Shown here: positions 9,483 to 19,535 of the stretch, one piece after another | Layout: each line of letters starts with the position of its first letter | Numbering within the stretch: position 1 is the first letter of the stretch | Assembly (NCBI GenBank): GCA_947642475.1 | Contig: CANRSQ010000003.1 | Span: 1-52,838 of the forward strand | Source of the DNA: an uncultured Mycoplasmatota bacterium | GTDB lineage: Bacteria; Bacillota_I; Bacilli_A; RF39; UBA660 | Direction: 5' to 3' | DNA: 52,838 nucleotides | Translations under genes and position numbers: made by a program | Notes under the pieces: generated by a model | The model's database searches: none | Told to the model about the DNA's origin: nothing | The model's input: the letters and a program-made list of their open reading frames with translations, nothing else

Positions 9483-10328
9483 GCATACATCATTTGCGGT
9501 TATAACTTCTTCTGCTTTTTCAATTATTTTTCCGTTTTCATAGATTAATTCTCCTTTAGTCCACATTTTATTTTCTAGTAAGTTATTAGTTTCATAATAT
9601 TCACATGTGTATATTTCTTCTAAGCCTAATTGTGTATATTTAGTATAATTGATATCAGAAGATAGATTATATTCTGCGTCATTACCTTGGTAAAGTACAT
9701 TATCATCTTTTATTGCAATTAAGATTTGTGAATTTTTATCATTATCTTTTTGAACAAGAAGATAGTATATGTTATCTTTTTCTTTTAATTTCCAATTGTC
9801 AGTAATTTTGATGCCTATTATTTTATTTGCATCAACTTTGTTTTCTTTATAATAAATATTGTTTATTATATATTTGTTATCTTCTGTTCTTGTGATATCA
9901 AATGAAAGGTTTGTACTTTTGATAATTAGTTTAAAATTATTTTCATTGGAGCATTTTTTTAGTCCTGATGCGATACTATATTTTGTGGCTGTGGCTTCAC
10001 AGTCTTTTTCAATAGTTTGTTCATTTTGCATATTTGTATTTTGTGGTTCTTCTTTTTCATAATAATTTATGTATACTAAATAGCCAATTACTGCAAGTAA
10101 TCCTAATATGATAATAATTAGGAAAAAGTTTAATAATCCAGATCCTGATTTTTTATCTTTATATACTATTTTTGTTTTTGGTTTTTGTTTTTTTGTCTTG
10201 TGTTTTATTACCTTTTTTGTTTTGGTTCGTTTGCTTTTTTTGGATTTTGGCTGTTTCTGTTTATTTTCTTTTTCATCTTCATTATATTCTTCTTCGTATT
10301 CATTTTCATAATCATCATAATTATTCAT
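9474..10328 (-). CDS. Hypothetical membrane-anchored protein
   Basis: Acidic then K-rich N-terminus, one TM (LLNFFLIIIILGLLAVIGYLVYI), extracytoplasmic domain of unknown family. Confidence 0.6.
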   Translation of the reverse strand: MNNYDDYENEYEEEYNEDEKENKQKQPKSKKSKRTKTKKVIKHKTKKQKPKTKIVYKDKKSGSGLLNFFLIIIILGLLAVIGYLVYINYYEKEEPQNTNMQNEQTIEKDCEATATKYSIASGLKKCSNENNFKLIIKSTNLSFDITRTEDNKYIINNIYYKENKVDANKIIGIKITDNWKLKEKDNIYYLLVQKDNDKNSQILIAIKDDNVLYQGNDAEYNLSSDINYTKYTQLGLEEIYTCEYYETNNLLENKMWTKGELIYENGKIIEKAEEVITANDVCKK

Positions 10329-10376
10329 AACATCACCTACTTAATTTATTATATAACTTAGTTTGGTTATGGTCAA

Positions 10377-10404
10377 ATTAAAAAGAACAACATTTGTTGT
10401 TCTT
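10377..10404 (-). terminator. Rho-independent terminator of the LCP gene
   Basis: AAGAACAAC-loop-GTTGTTCTT followed by TTTTAATTT on the minus strand. Confidence 0.75.
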
Positions 10405-12412
10405 AATTTGCTTCATCTTCTGGACTTGGAGGGGTTGTAGTATCTGTATTTGAAGAGTTGTCTCCTGTTGAGCCACTTCCTTCTTCACTGCTACCATCTG
10501 AGCTTTGTGTTTTGTCATTTTCTTTATCATCTGTACTTGGTTTTGTACTTTGAGAAGTTGTATTATTGGTTGTTGTAGTACTACTTCCGCCCGATAGAGT
10601 TATTGTTATGCTTTTAACATCTTCTACGTTAGCTCCTGCTGAAACGTTTTGTGAAATAACACTACCTGTTCCACTACCTTTAACGTTGACTTTAATTCCG
10701 TGGGCGCCACAGAATGAATTAACATAACTTAATGATTGTCCAACAAAACTTGGTAATAAGGTAATTGAGTCACCTTTTGTTTCGTCTTTGCCAATTATTT
10801 TTTCTTCATATGGTTTGTTTATGTTAAAACTGAATTTTTTGACTGTTTTTGTCTTTTTAAGGCCTAAGTTTTCTTTCATAGCGTCCGATACAGCTTTTAC
10901 ACTACTATCATATAATACATAGTTATATAATGATAAGTTGGTTCCACCATAGTCAATAATTCTGGCGTCATGACCATTTAAGTATAGTCTTTGCATTCCA
11001 AGTAATTCGGCCATATCTGTTGTGTATCCACTTTTTGAAGAAATATCTTTAAATACGTTATAAAGTGATAGAATTTGTTCAGTACTCATATTAGTAGACA
11101 TGTTATTACTAATTGTATCTAGTAGTTTATAAACGGTATCTAAATCTTTTACTGATTTAAATTTGTTTAATAAGGCCATTACAATTTCTTGTTGGTGTTG
11201 CCCTCTTATAAAGTCATTACTTGTATAGTTGGTCCATTTGGCTGAACATCTACCTGGGTTTGGATGTCTATTACGGGCGAATGCTAATGCTTGTTCCCCA
11301 TTTAAATTTTGTATTCCTTCTTCAATATATACTGTATTTTTTCCCCAATAACGATTACTATTTTGTTCACATAGGTTATATGGAACATCTACTTCAACAC
11401 CACCTAGGGTGTCAACTAGTTGAACTACTCCTTTAAAGTTGATTTTGACATAATAATCGATATCTATATCTAAGAAGTTTTCAATTGTTTGTTGCATACA
11501 TTCTTCGCCTTTCCAAGCGGCATGTGTAATTTTATTTTTTCTTTGATTTGGGAAACATGCGATTGGAACGTAAGAATCACGAGGAATACTTAAAATTGTT
11601 GTACTTAATGTTTTTGGATTGAAAGTAATAACCATTAATGAATCTCCATTAAATGAGCTATTTCCAATACCTTCTGTTTCTGAGTCTACTCCCATTAATA
11701 AAACTGTAAACGGTTCTGTGATTGGTTTTGTATTTGCAGTATCAGTTTTTTCTTTTTTTACTTTTTTGGTTTGAGTGTAAATTATTTTTGTTGTTTCTTC
11801 TAAATTTTCATAACCTTCCATGTTCCCAAACATAATAACATAGTTAGTTGGTAAGAAAATATAGTCTACTTTTCCGTCTTTCAAGGCGTCTATCATTGAA
11901 ATATAGCTATCATAACTTTCCGTTTTATTTGATAGGTCTTTTTTGGTAATTACATCTTTTGGTATTACGGATCCTTCAATACTTGATTCGTCTTCTAATA
12001 GGCCTAATTTGCCATCTTTGATATCATCAATTGAATCTGCTTCATTTGTTTTTAAAGTTACTAAACTTGATGAATATGTTGTATATTCATCTGTATCAGA
12101 TACTTTTTTTAAGGTTCCATAAACTTTATTGATGTTATAGCCGATAAATAATTCGCCGGCTCCAAATATTAGCATTAGAATAATTACGATGATTAATTTT
12201 GGCTTTTTAAATTTTCTTAAGAATCTTATTCCTAAAAGTATTAAGATTAAGGCTATTACTATTAATACAATAACGGCGATTAGTCTTAATAAATTTTCTA
12301 TGTCTTTAAGTAGTGACAAGTTATAAATTAGATAACCTGTTCCTCCTAATAATATTATTGTACTTATTAATGTAAAAATAAAAGCTATTTTATGTCTAGT
12401 TAATTTTTTCAT
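10403..12412 (-). CDS. LytR-CpsA-Psr (LCP) family protein with C-terminal PASTA domain and S/T-rich tail
   Basis: N-terminal TMs. LCP blocks LLMGVDSE...SLMVITFNP...SIPRDSYV. PASTA-like LPSFVGQSLSYV...VISQNVSAG. Confidence 0.8.
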   Translation of the reverse strand: MKKLTRHKIAFIFTLISTIILLGGTGYLIYNLSLLKDIENLLRLIAVIVLIVIALILILLGIRFLRKFKKPKLIIVIILMLIFGAGELFIGYNINKVYGTLKKVSDTDEYTTYSSSLVTLKTNEADSIDDIKDGKLGLLEDESSIEGSVIPKDVITKKDLSNKTESYDSYISMIDALKDGKVDYIFLPTNYVIMFGNMEGYENLEETTKIIYTQTKKVKKEKTDTANTKPITEPFTVLLMGVDSETEGIGNSSFNGDSLMVITFNPKTLSTTILSIPRDSYVPIACFPNQRKNKITHAAWKGEECMQQTIENFLDIDIDYYVKINFKGVVQLVDTLGGVEVDVPYNLCEQNSNRYWGKNTVYIEEGIQNLNGEQALAFARNRHPNPGRCSAKWTNYTSNDFIRGQHQQEIVMALLNKFKSVKDLDTVYKLLDTISNNMSTNMSTEQILSLYNVFKDISSKSGYTTDMAELLGMQRLYLNGHDARIIDYGGTNLSLYNYVLYDSSVKAVSDAMKENLGLKKTKTVKKFSFNINKPYEEKIIGKDETKGDSITLLPSFVGQSLSYVNSFCGAHGIKVNVKGSGTGSVISQNVSAGANVEDVKSITITLSGGSSTTTTNNTTSQSTKPSTDDKENDKTQSSDGSSEEGSGSTGDNSSNTDTTTPPSPEDEAN

Positions 12413-12591
12413 GGATTTCCTCCCCTTATACTGTCTAGATAATTATAAACCAAATTCGACAATTTAACAAGTATATCGACAAATTATTTTAATATATTTT
12501 TTGTTAAATTTTAATTTTCTTTTAAAAATAAAGGCAGGCATGCACATTTATTTTTTTGATAAATATAATATAATAAAATCCATTATTATAA

Positions 12592-12620
12592 TTGACATTA
12601 TTTTTAATTTATATTACAAT
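12592..12620 (+). promoter_or_regulatory. Promoter of tRNA-Cys
   Basis: TTGACA - 17 nt - TACAAT, about 20 nt upstream of the tRNA 5' end. Confidence 0.6.
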
Positions 12621-12639
12621 TATATTGCGTTATTAATTC

Positions 12640-12713
12640 GCACCTATAGCCAAGTGGTAAGGCATGGGACTGCAACTCCCCGATCGTTGGTTCAAATCCG
12701 ACTAGGTGCTCCA
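12640..12713 (+). tRNA. tRNA-Cys (GCA)
   Basis: 74-nt cloverleaf: acceptor GCACCTA/TAGGTGC, anticodon loop CTGCAAC, T-loop GGTTCAAATCC, U73 (Cys identity), encoded CCA. Confidence 0.9.
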
Positions 12714-12723
12714 TATGAAAATA

Positions 12724-12749
12724 AAATCCTTCAATCGAAGGATTTTTTT
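12724..12749. terminator. Bidirectional terminator (tRNA-Cys / convergent ORF)
   Basis: AAATCCTTC-aatc-GAAGGATTT followed by T-run. It overlaps the stop of the minus-strand ORF. Confidence 0.75.
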
Positions 12750-13225
12750 AATACTTTTTGTTTATGCTTTGGCAAGATTTCTTTTTCTATAAATTCATAT
12801 CTGCTTTGTAGTTCTTCTTCTTTTTTCATTATTTTTGCTGAAAACTCTTCAGGGGATAATGATAGCGTTCCTTGTATCATACAGTCTTCATTTAGTTCTT
12901 TTAATTCTATAGATGCTTTAGCGCTTTCATAGTCTTCATAAATTGATGGAACTATATCGGAATTATCGCAGCGGCCAGAGAAACCGAATTGTGGTAATTG
13001 TTGATTTTGAGATAAATCTCTTTTTTCTGCGACAAAAACTACTTCATATTCCATTTTTGAAATACCATTTGCACGATAAATTTTACTTTCTTTTATAAGA
13101 TAACATGGCATTGGGAGATAGCAGACAATTTCATAAGTAGAATAACTAAAAGTATCCCAGCCATTGTGCTGATAAAATGGCATTAAAGCATATTTTATTG
13201 GAAAATTATTTTCATCATAAACCAT
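12731..13225 (-). CDS. Hypothetical protein
   Basis: 164-aa ORF with a weak RBS. No family recognised. Confidence 0.5.
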   Translation of the reverse strand: MVYDENNFPIKYALMPFYQHNGWDTFSYSTYEIVCYLPMPCYLIKESKIYRANGISKMEYEVVFVAEKRDLSQNQQLPQFGFSGRCDNSDIVPSIYEDYESAKASIELKELNEDCMIQGTLSLSPEEFSAKIMKKEEELQSRYEFIEKEILPKHKQKVLKKSFD

Positions 13226-13284
13226 AAAATCACATTCTTTATAATTATACCATTTATAGAAAAAATCATCAATTTTGATGATTT

Positions 13285-14169
13285 CTAGTCTATTTCTATA
13301 AGTTCATATTCTCTTGTCCCATAACCAAGTTCACCTGCAGCTTCAATTGTATGAACACCATTTTGTCTTTCTATTCTTTCTATTAGGTGATCTTTTCCGG
13401 GATCTTCAGAATTATATACTAGATCTATACATGCTTGATCAATTGCGATTGGATCTAATGAGGCTAAGATTCCAATATCTTTCATGCATGGGTCTTCGGC
13501 TACTGCGCAGCAATCACAATCTACTGACATATTGCACATGATGTTTATAAAGGCCATATTTCCATTAAAGTAATTTACAACTGATTCTGCTGAATCTGCC
13601 ATAGATTCTAAAAATTTATCTTGCGGTGGTAAATTTTCCCAAAGGGTGTTTTGATCTTTATTGGTACCTGCTGAATGAATCCATGCTTTACCTGCTGTTG
13701 ATGCGCATCCGATGGATAATTGTTTTAAAGCACCTCCATATCCGCCCATTGGATGGCCTTTGAAGTGTGAAAGTACTAACATAGAATCATAGTTTTTCAT
13801 ATTTTGGCCTACGTAATTTTCTTTAAGTACTTTTCCGTTTGGGATATCTAACATCATATCTGGTCCTTCGGCATCCATAATATCAACGTCAAAGTATTTA
13901 GTCCATCCATGTTTTTTCATTAATTCTTTATGCTTGTCGGTATAATTTCTGGCACCTTCATAGGCAGTATTGCATTCTACTACTGTTCCATTAACGTCTT
14001 CAATCATTGAGCGCATAAATTCTGGATGAAGATAATTTTGATTACCATCTTCACCTGAATGTACTTTTACAGCTACTTTTCCTGGTAATTCTTTGTGCAG
14101 AACTTCAAACATTTTTACAACACTTTCCGGAGTTATTTCTTTAGTAAAATAAACTTTTGCTTTTTCCAT
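13285..14169 (-). CDS. DUF362-family protein (Cys-rich C-terminal half)
   Basis: The block LSHFKGHPMGGYGGALKQLSIGCAS and the CNMSVDCDCC cluster match my memory of DUF362. Confidence 0.6.
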   Translation of the reverse strand: MEKAKVYFTKEITPESVVKMFEVLHKELPGKVAVKVHSGEDGNQNYLHPEFMRSMIEDVNGTVVECNTAYEGARNYTDKHKELMKKHGWTKYFDVDIMDAEGPDMMLDIPNGKVLKENYVGQNMKNYDSMLVLSHFKGHPMGGYGGALKQLSIGCASTAGKAWIHSAGTNKDQNTLWENLPPQDKFLESMADSAESVVNYFNGNMAFINIMCNMSVDCDCCAVAEDPCMKDIGILASLDPIAIDQACIDLVYNSEDPGKDHLIERIERQNGVHTIEAAGELGYGTREYELIEID

Positions 14170-14364
14170 TATTTCATTCCTTTCTTATATATTCTATATA
14201 CATTTATATAATAGCACTTAGAGTTTACTTTAGGTCAAGTGTTTTGACAAAATAATTTATTTTTCTTTTATGATATGAAGATGAATTTAATTTACTACTT
14301 TTTACATTAATAATAATGTGGTGGAAAAAATTTAAAAATAAGGAATCGATTTGATCCCCTATTT

Positions 14365-16737
14365 TTATTTATCTCTTAATCTAGCATCTATTTTTTCTTC
14401 TACATTTTTGATTATATTGTTAAATACTTCGGTTACTTCTTCTTCTGTTAATGTTCTATTTTGATCAGAGAATGTTAATGAGTAAGCGATTGATTTTTCA
14501 TTTTCTTTAACGTTTTCTCCAGTATATACATCAAATACATGAATGTTTGTAAGAAGTCTGCCACCTGCTCTTTTGATGATATTTTCAACTTCGTCTGATG
14601 TGGTTTCTTTTTTTACAATGAAGGCCATATCTTTGATTATTTCTGGATATTTTGATGCCTCTTTAAATTTAATTGGTTTTGTTTTTGTCATTAAAGCGTT
14701 AAGTGAAAGTTCAGCGACAAAGATATCATCTTTATTTAATGATGGATGAACTTTACCGATTACGCCGATTTGTTTTCTATCTAACATTATTGAGGCACTT
14801 ATACCTGGGTGTAATTCTGGTAAGGTGTTTTTTTGGAATGTATATCTATTTTTAAATCCCATATAATCTAAGATGTTTTCGATAATGCCTTTTATTAAGT
14901 AGAAATCTACTTTTATTTTGGTACCATTCCATTCATTTATGATGTAGTTTCCTTTCATAAGAATGGCAATTTTACTTTCTTCGTTATATTCTTTATCGTA
15001 GGTTTTGCTTATTTCATAAATTAATATGTCTTTAGCTTTTCTCTTTTTATTATAGTCATAGACATTTAATAATGAAGGAATTAGTGTTGTTCTAAGAACT
15101 GATTTATCAATACTCATTGGATTTGGTAAAACTGCGTTTTCTTTGTCTTCATATTTAAATAGTTTTGCCATCTCTGGTGATGTTAAAGTGTATGTTTTGG
15201 TTTCGTTTAGTCCTAGACTTCTTAATCTTTTTGAAACTAATTTTCGATATTTAACATCGCCTTTATATTCACCTTTTTTTATTGGGCAATTTGGAAGTGT
15301 TGAAACTAGGTTATGGTAACCATAAAGTCTTCCTACTTCTTCAGCAATATCGTTTACATTTTCATCGATATCTAATCTTCTATTTGGTATTGTTACGGTG
15401 AACAATCCATCTTTGTATTCAAATGGAAAATCTAATCTATTAAGTTCGGTTTTTACGTCTTCTTCTGAGATTGTAATTCCAAGTAATGAGTTGATTTCTT
15501 CAGCTTTAAAGGTTGTAGTTTTTGGTGTTTTATCTATTTTGTCGTGTTTTACTATTCCAGTTAGCACTTTAGCGCCGGCATATTTTTCAAGTAAATGGCA
15601 AGCTCTTTCAATGGCTTTTTCTGTATATTCATAACTTAAACCTTTTCCATATCTAATTGATGCTTCACTTCTTAAATCTAAATGAGCAGCTGTGTTTCTA
15701 ATACTTACGCTATCAAAGATGGCACTTTCGATAAGGATTGTCTTTGTATTTTCGGTTACTTCGGTATTTTCACCACCCATAACTCCGGCTACACATACTG
15801 GTTTTGTTCCATCGGTAATAACGATATCTGTTTCTTTTAATGTTCTTTCTATACCGTCAAGGGTTATTATTTTTTCTTCTTCTTTGGCATCTCTTACTAG
15901 GATTTTATCTCCTAGCGCACTCTTATCGAAGAAGTGAAGTGGCTGTCCATATTCTAACATTACATAGTTTGAAATATCGACAACGTTATTGATTGAACGC
16001 ATACCATAGGCATTTAATCTTCTTTTAATAAATTCTGGTGATGGGCCTACTTTTACGTCGGTAACCATTTTGGCTAGGTAGAAAGGACATTTTTCTGTTT
16101 CTACTTTTAGGCTGAAATGATTGTTTATATTGTCATCTATTTCGTTTATTGGTGCGTCTGGAAGTGTTACTTTTTTATTTAGAATACATGCGATTTCGTA
16201 AGCAAATCCAATGTGATAATAACAGTCATTATTACGGTGTTTATGGACATCTAACTCATATAAAGTATCATCTAATTTTAGATATTTTAATGCATCCATA
16301 CCAACTGGAGCATCTTGTGGTAATTCTTCGATTCCTCTATCATAGGCTTCCTTAGTTTTTTCTTCTAGACCTAATTCATAAAGAGCACATATCATACCAT
16401 TTGATTCTTCGCCTCTTATTTTGCTTTTTTTGATTTCAAAATCACCTGGAAGAATAGCGCCTGGAAGAGCAACGATAACTTTTAGTCCTTTTCTTACGTT
16501 GTCTGCACCACAAATTATTTGGGTTGTTTCATTACCTATATTTACTTTACAAATGTGTAGGTGATCAGAGTCTGGATGCATTTCACATTCTATAACCTGC
16601 CCTACTACTAAATTATTTATTTTATTAGTTATAACTTTTTCGATGTTGATTCCGGCTTTGGTTATTTTTACAGCTAGTTCTTCTAAATCTTCATCAGATA
16701 TATCTATATAATCCTTTACCCATTCTAAACTTATCAT
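14365..16737 (-). CDS. pheT: Phenylalanine--tRNA ligase beta subunit
   Basis: 790 aa. N-terminal tRNA-binding domain (VGQVIECEMHPDSDHLHICKVNIG), B3/4 and B5 regions. TAATG overlap with pheS. Confidence 0.95.
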   Translation of the reverse strand: MISLEWVKDYIDISDEDLEELAVKITKAGINIEKVITNKINNLVVGQVIECEMHPDSDHLHICKVNIGNETTQIICGADNVRKGLKVIVALPGAILPGDFEIKKSKIRGEESNGMICALYELGLEEKTKEAYDRGIEELPQDAPVGMDALKYLKLDDTLYELDVHKHRNNDCYYHIGFAYEIACILNKKVTLPDAPINEIDDNINNHFSLKVETEKCPFYLAKMVTDVKVGPSPEFIKRRLNAYGMRSINNVVDISNYVMLEYGQPLHFFDKSALGDKILVRDAKEEEKIITLDGIERTLKETDIVITDGTKPVCVAGVMGGENTEVTENTKTILIESAIFDSVSIRNTAAHLDLRSEASIRYGKGLSYEYTEKAIERACHLLEKYAGAKVLTGIVKHDKIDKTPKTTTFKAEEINSLLGITISEEDVKTELNRLDFPFEYKDGLFTVTIPNRRLDIDENVNDIAEEVGRLYGYHNLVSTLPNCPIKKGEYKGDVKYRKLVSKRLRSLGLNETKTYTLTSPEMAKLFKYEDKENAVLPNPMSIDKSVLRTTLIPSLLNVYDYNKKRKAKDILIYEISKTYDKEYNEESKIAILMKGNYIINEWNGTKIKVDFYLIKGIIENILDYMGFKNRYTFQKNTLPELHPGISASIMLDRKQIGVIGKVHPSLNKDDIFVAELSLNALMTKTKPIKFKEASKYPEIIKDMAFIVKKETTSDEVENIIKRAGGRLLTNIHVFDVYTGENVKENEKSIAYSLTFSDQNRTLTEEEVTEVFNNIIKNVEEKIDARLRDK

Positions 16738-17771
16738 TATTCGGCCTCCTTCCTATCGAAGTTTCTACTTTCTCTTAAATCGTTAGCATAAAATACTCTT
16801 AAGTCATCGATTCCATATTTAAGCATTGCTAGTCTTTCAGCACCAAAACCGAAGGCGAAACCTTGCCACTGTTTTGGGTCATATCCACAGTTTTTAAGAA
16901 CATTTGGATGTACCATTCCAGCACCTGAAACAGTTATCCATCCTGTGTTTTTACAGATTGGGCATCCTTTTCCTTTACAACTATGGCAGCTAATATCCAT
17001 TTCTACTGATGGTTCTGTAAATGGATAATATGATGGTCTAAATCTTGTTTTACAGTCTTCTCCAAATAAGTGTTTAGCGATGACATCGAATGTTCCTTTT
17101 AAATCTGAAAGGCTTACGTTTTTATCTATTAGTAATCCTTCTATTTGCATGAATTGATGTGAGTGAGTTGCATCATCATCATCTCTTCTATATGTTTTAC
17201 CTGGACAAATCATTCTAATTGGTTTTTCACCTTTACCTTCTAACATGGTTCTTATTTGAACTGGTGAGGTTTGGCTTCTAAGAAGTAGTTCTTCTCCTTC
17301 AATGTAGAAAGTGTCTTGGGCATCTCTTGCCGGATGTCCTTTTGGTAAGTTTAACATTTCGAAGTTATATTCATCTTTTTCTATTTCTGGTCCATCAACG
17401 ACATCATATCCCATTGACATTAATAGTTCTTCTACTTCTTCTACTATTTTTTCCACAATATTTGGTGCGCCCATTGGTATTTTAGTAGCTGGTAAACTGA
17501 TATCGATACTTTCTTCTTCTAGTTTTTTATTTAATATTTCTGCCATCATTTCTTCTTTTTTAGTATCTAATAAATTAGTGGCTTCGGTTTTTAATTTGTT
17601 TAGGTTAGCTCCAAAGGTTTTCTTTTCTTCATCCTTCAAATCTTTGATTTGTGAAGATAGTTCAGTTATTCTTCCTTTTTTACCTAAATATTTTGTTTTT
17701 ATTTCATTTAAATCATGTTCTTTTTTGATTTCGTTTAAGTCATTTTTTAATTCTTCTAAAATATTTTCCAT
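16737..17771 (-). CDS. pheS: Phenylalanine--tRNA ligase alpha subunit
   Basis: Class II motifs FRPSYYPFTEPS and GFAFGFGAERLAML. AAGGAGGG RBS. Confidence 0.95.
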   Translation of the reverse strand: MENILEELKNDLNEIKKEHDLNEIKTKYLGKKGRITELSSQIKDLKDEEKKTFGANLNKLKTEATNLLDTKKEEMMAEILNKKLEEESIDISLPATKIPMGAPNIVEKIVEEVEELLMSMGYDVVDGPEIEKDEYNFEMLNLPKGHPARDAQDTFYIEGEELLLRSQTSPVQIRTMLEGKGEKPIRMICPGKTYRRDDDDATHSHQFMQIEGLLIDKNVSLSDLKGTFDVIAKHLFGEDCKTRFRPSYYPFTEPSVEMDISCHSCKGKGCPICKNTGWITVSGAGMVHPNVLKNCGYDPKQWQGFAFGFGAERLAMLKYGIDDLRVFYANDLRESRNFDRKEAE

Positions 17772-17785
17772 TTTATCCCTCCTTA

Positions 17786-18000
17786 ATTAAAAAAAATCAC
17801 ATCCTGTATAAGGACGTGATTTACGTGGTACCACCTTAATTTGTAAGTTATACTTACCTTAAGAGCTATAACGCGCTTACCGATATATCTTTGCATATAC
17901 AGCTACCAAAGTGAATTCGTAAAAGATTATTTGTTAGCTCCCACCTATTCTAACTCTCTTTGAAATAATTACTTTTAGTACTACTCTTTGGTCATGGCTT
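17786..18000 (-). promoter_or_regulatory. T-box riboswitch, Phe specifier (UUC)
   Basis: RNA sense: AGAGAG, GGTGGGAGC distal motif, specifier GAA-UUC-A (UUC = 17913..17915), T-box AAGGTGGTACCACG, terminator AATCACGTCC-loop-GGATGTGATT-T8. Confidence 0.85.
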
Positions 18001-18016
18001 TTAAATGACTAAATCA

Positions 18017-18044
18017 ATTATAACATATTTATTATATTTTTCAA
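18017..18044 (-). promoter_or_regulatory. Promoter of the pheST leader
   Basis: TTGAAA - 16 nt - TATAAT with TG extended -10 (minus strand). Confidence 0.55.
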
Positions 18045-18065
18045 GGATTTTTTTATGAGTATTGA

Positions 18066-19307
18066 TTATACTATGTCACTTTCATCCTCATTGAATTTTT
18101 CTAACAGCTTTTTAAATTTAAACGCATTCATCTTTTCTGAAATCTCAAATTGGAATATTTGATTACTTTCAAAATCATGTTCATAGCATAAATTAATATC
18201 ATCTAATAATGCATATATAATTTTATTACCATGTCTTTCTATAATTATATATCTATCTAATGTTCCAGTTTCAATCATTATATATCCTGGCTTAAAATCT
18301 TTATACATGCAGTTTTTAGGAATAGTTTTATTTTGTGATTTTGTTTTCTTTTCTTTTTTGAGTGTCTTAATTTCTTCCATTTCCTTTTCAAGGGCAGATC
18401 TTACAATTTTAATTTCTGGTGATTTTTTTAATTTATATTCTTCAAACAATGTATAGTAATGTCCCTTTTTTATATTTATTTTATACATTCCTTCTATGTA
18501 CTCATTATCTAAATATACTTTATACACTAGTAATTCATTTTGGTATTCTCCATAAATATAATAGTAATTATTATCAGCAAAAATTAGTTTGCCTCTTTCT
18601 AAGTTATTAGGTTTAATTGTGTATGATTTTTGTGTTTGTGTCATGATATATTTTTGCATATCACTATCTACAAAATTGGAAAGTTCTAATTTACTATTTT
18701 TAGGAATTTCTATTTTTGAGGTGAAATCAAAGGAATATTTTTTATCATTGATTTGTAAAGCTTTTTTCCCTTTTTTTACTTCGGTAACATGTTTTGCATA
18801 GTAAAAATCATTGTCGCTATCATATATATAAGATAATTTTCCTTTATATGTAACTATATCACCTGCATCAATATTAAACTCTAATTTTCTTTGAGGAAAA
18901 TGTTTTACCTTTGTGTATCTTTTATTGATTAGGTATATTGTTTTATATATCGTACTTATATCTTCACTGTTTAACGTTCCTATTTTTCTAATAATTCTAT
19001 TATCATCTAGTTTAATTATTTTTGCGGCATAAACGTATCCATCTTTTATAAAATTATATTTTTCTTTTTCTAATTTCTGTTTGAATAATGGATTTGAATT
19101 GGCACTTTTATTTCCACCACAACATAGGGCATATATTTTTCTTTTTGTTTTTCTAATTATAATATAAGGCCCTTCTCTATGGCCTTTTGGTAATAATTGT
19201 CTTTCCTTTTCATTTTTATATCTTTTTGCCCATACAATATCATTTTGACTTAGGGGTAAATGTTTGTTTTGTATCCAAATATTTTTAATATAATTTAATA
19301 ATTTCAT
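18066..19307 (-). CDS. MazF/PemK-like N-terminal domain fused to a repeat-containing C-terminal region
   Basis: NDIVWAKRY...KGHREGPYIII and DDNRIIRKIGTLNSEDISTI resemble MazF blocks (GDLIWV, GHRPAVVL, kiG.ls.e). Three further GDIV/YIY-type units follow. The ATG at 19307 follows an AAGGGGG RBS. Confidence 0.5.
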   Translation of the reverse strand: MKLLNYIKNIWIQNKHLPLSQNDIVWAKRYKNEKERQLLPKGHREGPYIIIRKTKRKIYALCCGGNKSANSNPLFKQKLEKEKYNFIKDGYVYAAKIIKLDDNRIIRKIGTLNSEDISTIYKTIYLINKRYTKVKHFPQRKLEFNIDAGDIVTYKGKLSYIYDSDNDFYYAKHVTEVKKGKKALQINDKKYSFDFTSKIEIPKNSKLELSNFVDSDMQKYIMTQTQKSYTIKPNNLERGKLIFADNNYYYIYGEYQNELLVYKVYLDNEYIEGMYKINIKKGHYYTLFEEYKLKKSPEIKIVRSALEKEMEEIKTLKKEKKTKSQNKTIPKNCMYKDFKPGYIMIETGTLDRYIIIERHGNKIIYALLDDINLCYEHDFESNQIFQFEISEKMNAFKFKKLLEKFNEDESDIV

Positions 19308-19343
19308 AAATACCCCCTTTACTTCACAATTCACTTCTTTTTG

Positions 19344-19368
19344 AACTAATAAGAATTTCTTATTAGTT
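19344..19368. repeat. Perfect 25-nt palindrome (12-bp arms, 1-nt centre) in the 5' UTR, operator candidate
   Basis: AACTAATAAGAA-T-TTCTTATTAGTT lies between the promoter (19417..19446) and the RBS of the MazF-like gene. No T-run follows on the sense strand. Confidence 0.9.
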
Positions 19369-19416
19369 GGATCTTTTGTTAATTCTTTATCTTTATTAAT
19401 ATTGTGTATTAAAACA

Positions 19417-19446
19417 ATTATAACAAGTGTGAGATATGATAGTCAA
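19417..19446 (-). promoter_or_regulatory. Promoter of the MazF-like gene
   Basis: TTGACT - 18 nt - TATAAT with TG extended -10 (minus strand). Confidence 0.55.
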
Positions 19447-19490
19447 TGTTTTTATAACTTTTGGTTAATTAAAAATATACCGTTACATGT

Positions 19491-19520
19491 AAAAACCACT
19501 TAAGCTTATAACTTAAGTGG
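19491..19520 (-). terminator. Rho-independent terminator
   Basis: CCACTTAAG-loop-CTTAAGTGG followed by T5 on the minus strand, after the 94-aa ORF. Confidence 0.75.
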
Positions 19521-19535
19521 CCCTTTCTATATTAA

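Noticed and set aside
12501-12932. 143-aa plus-strand ORF in the track.
   Set aside because: It runs straight through the tRNA-Cys gene and its terminator and has low-complexity content. It is spurious.
17311-17790. 159-aa plus-strand ORF antisense to pheS, with many similar 60-110-aa antisense ORFs throughout the track.
   Set aside because: These are Ser/Phe/Ile-rich translations, typical of the reverse frame of AT-rich genes. They have no RBS and lie fully inside well-supported CDSs.
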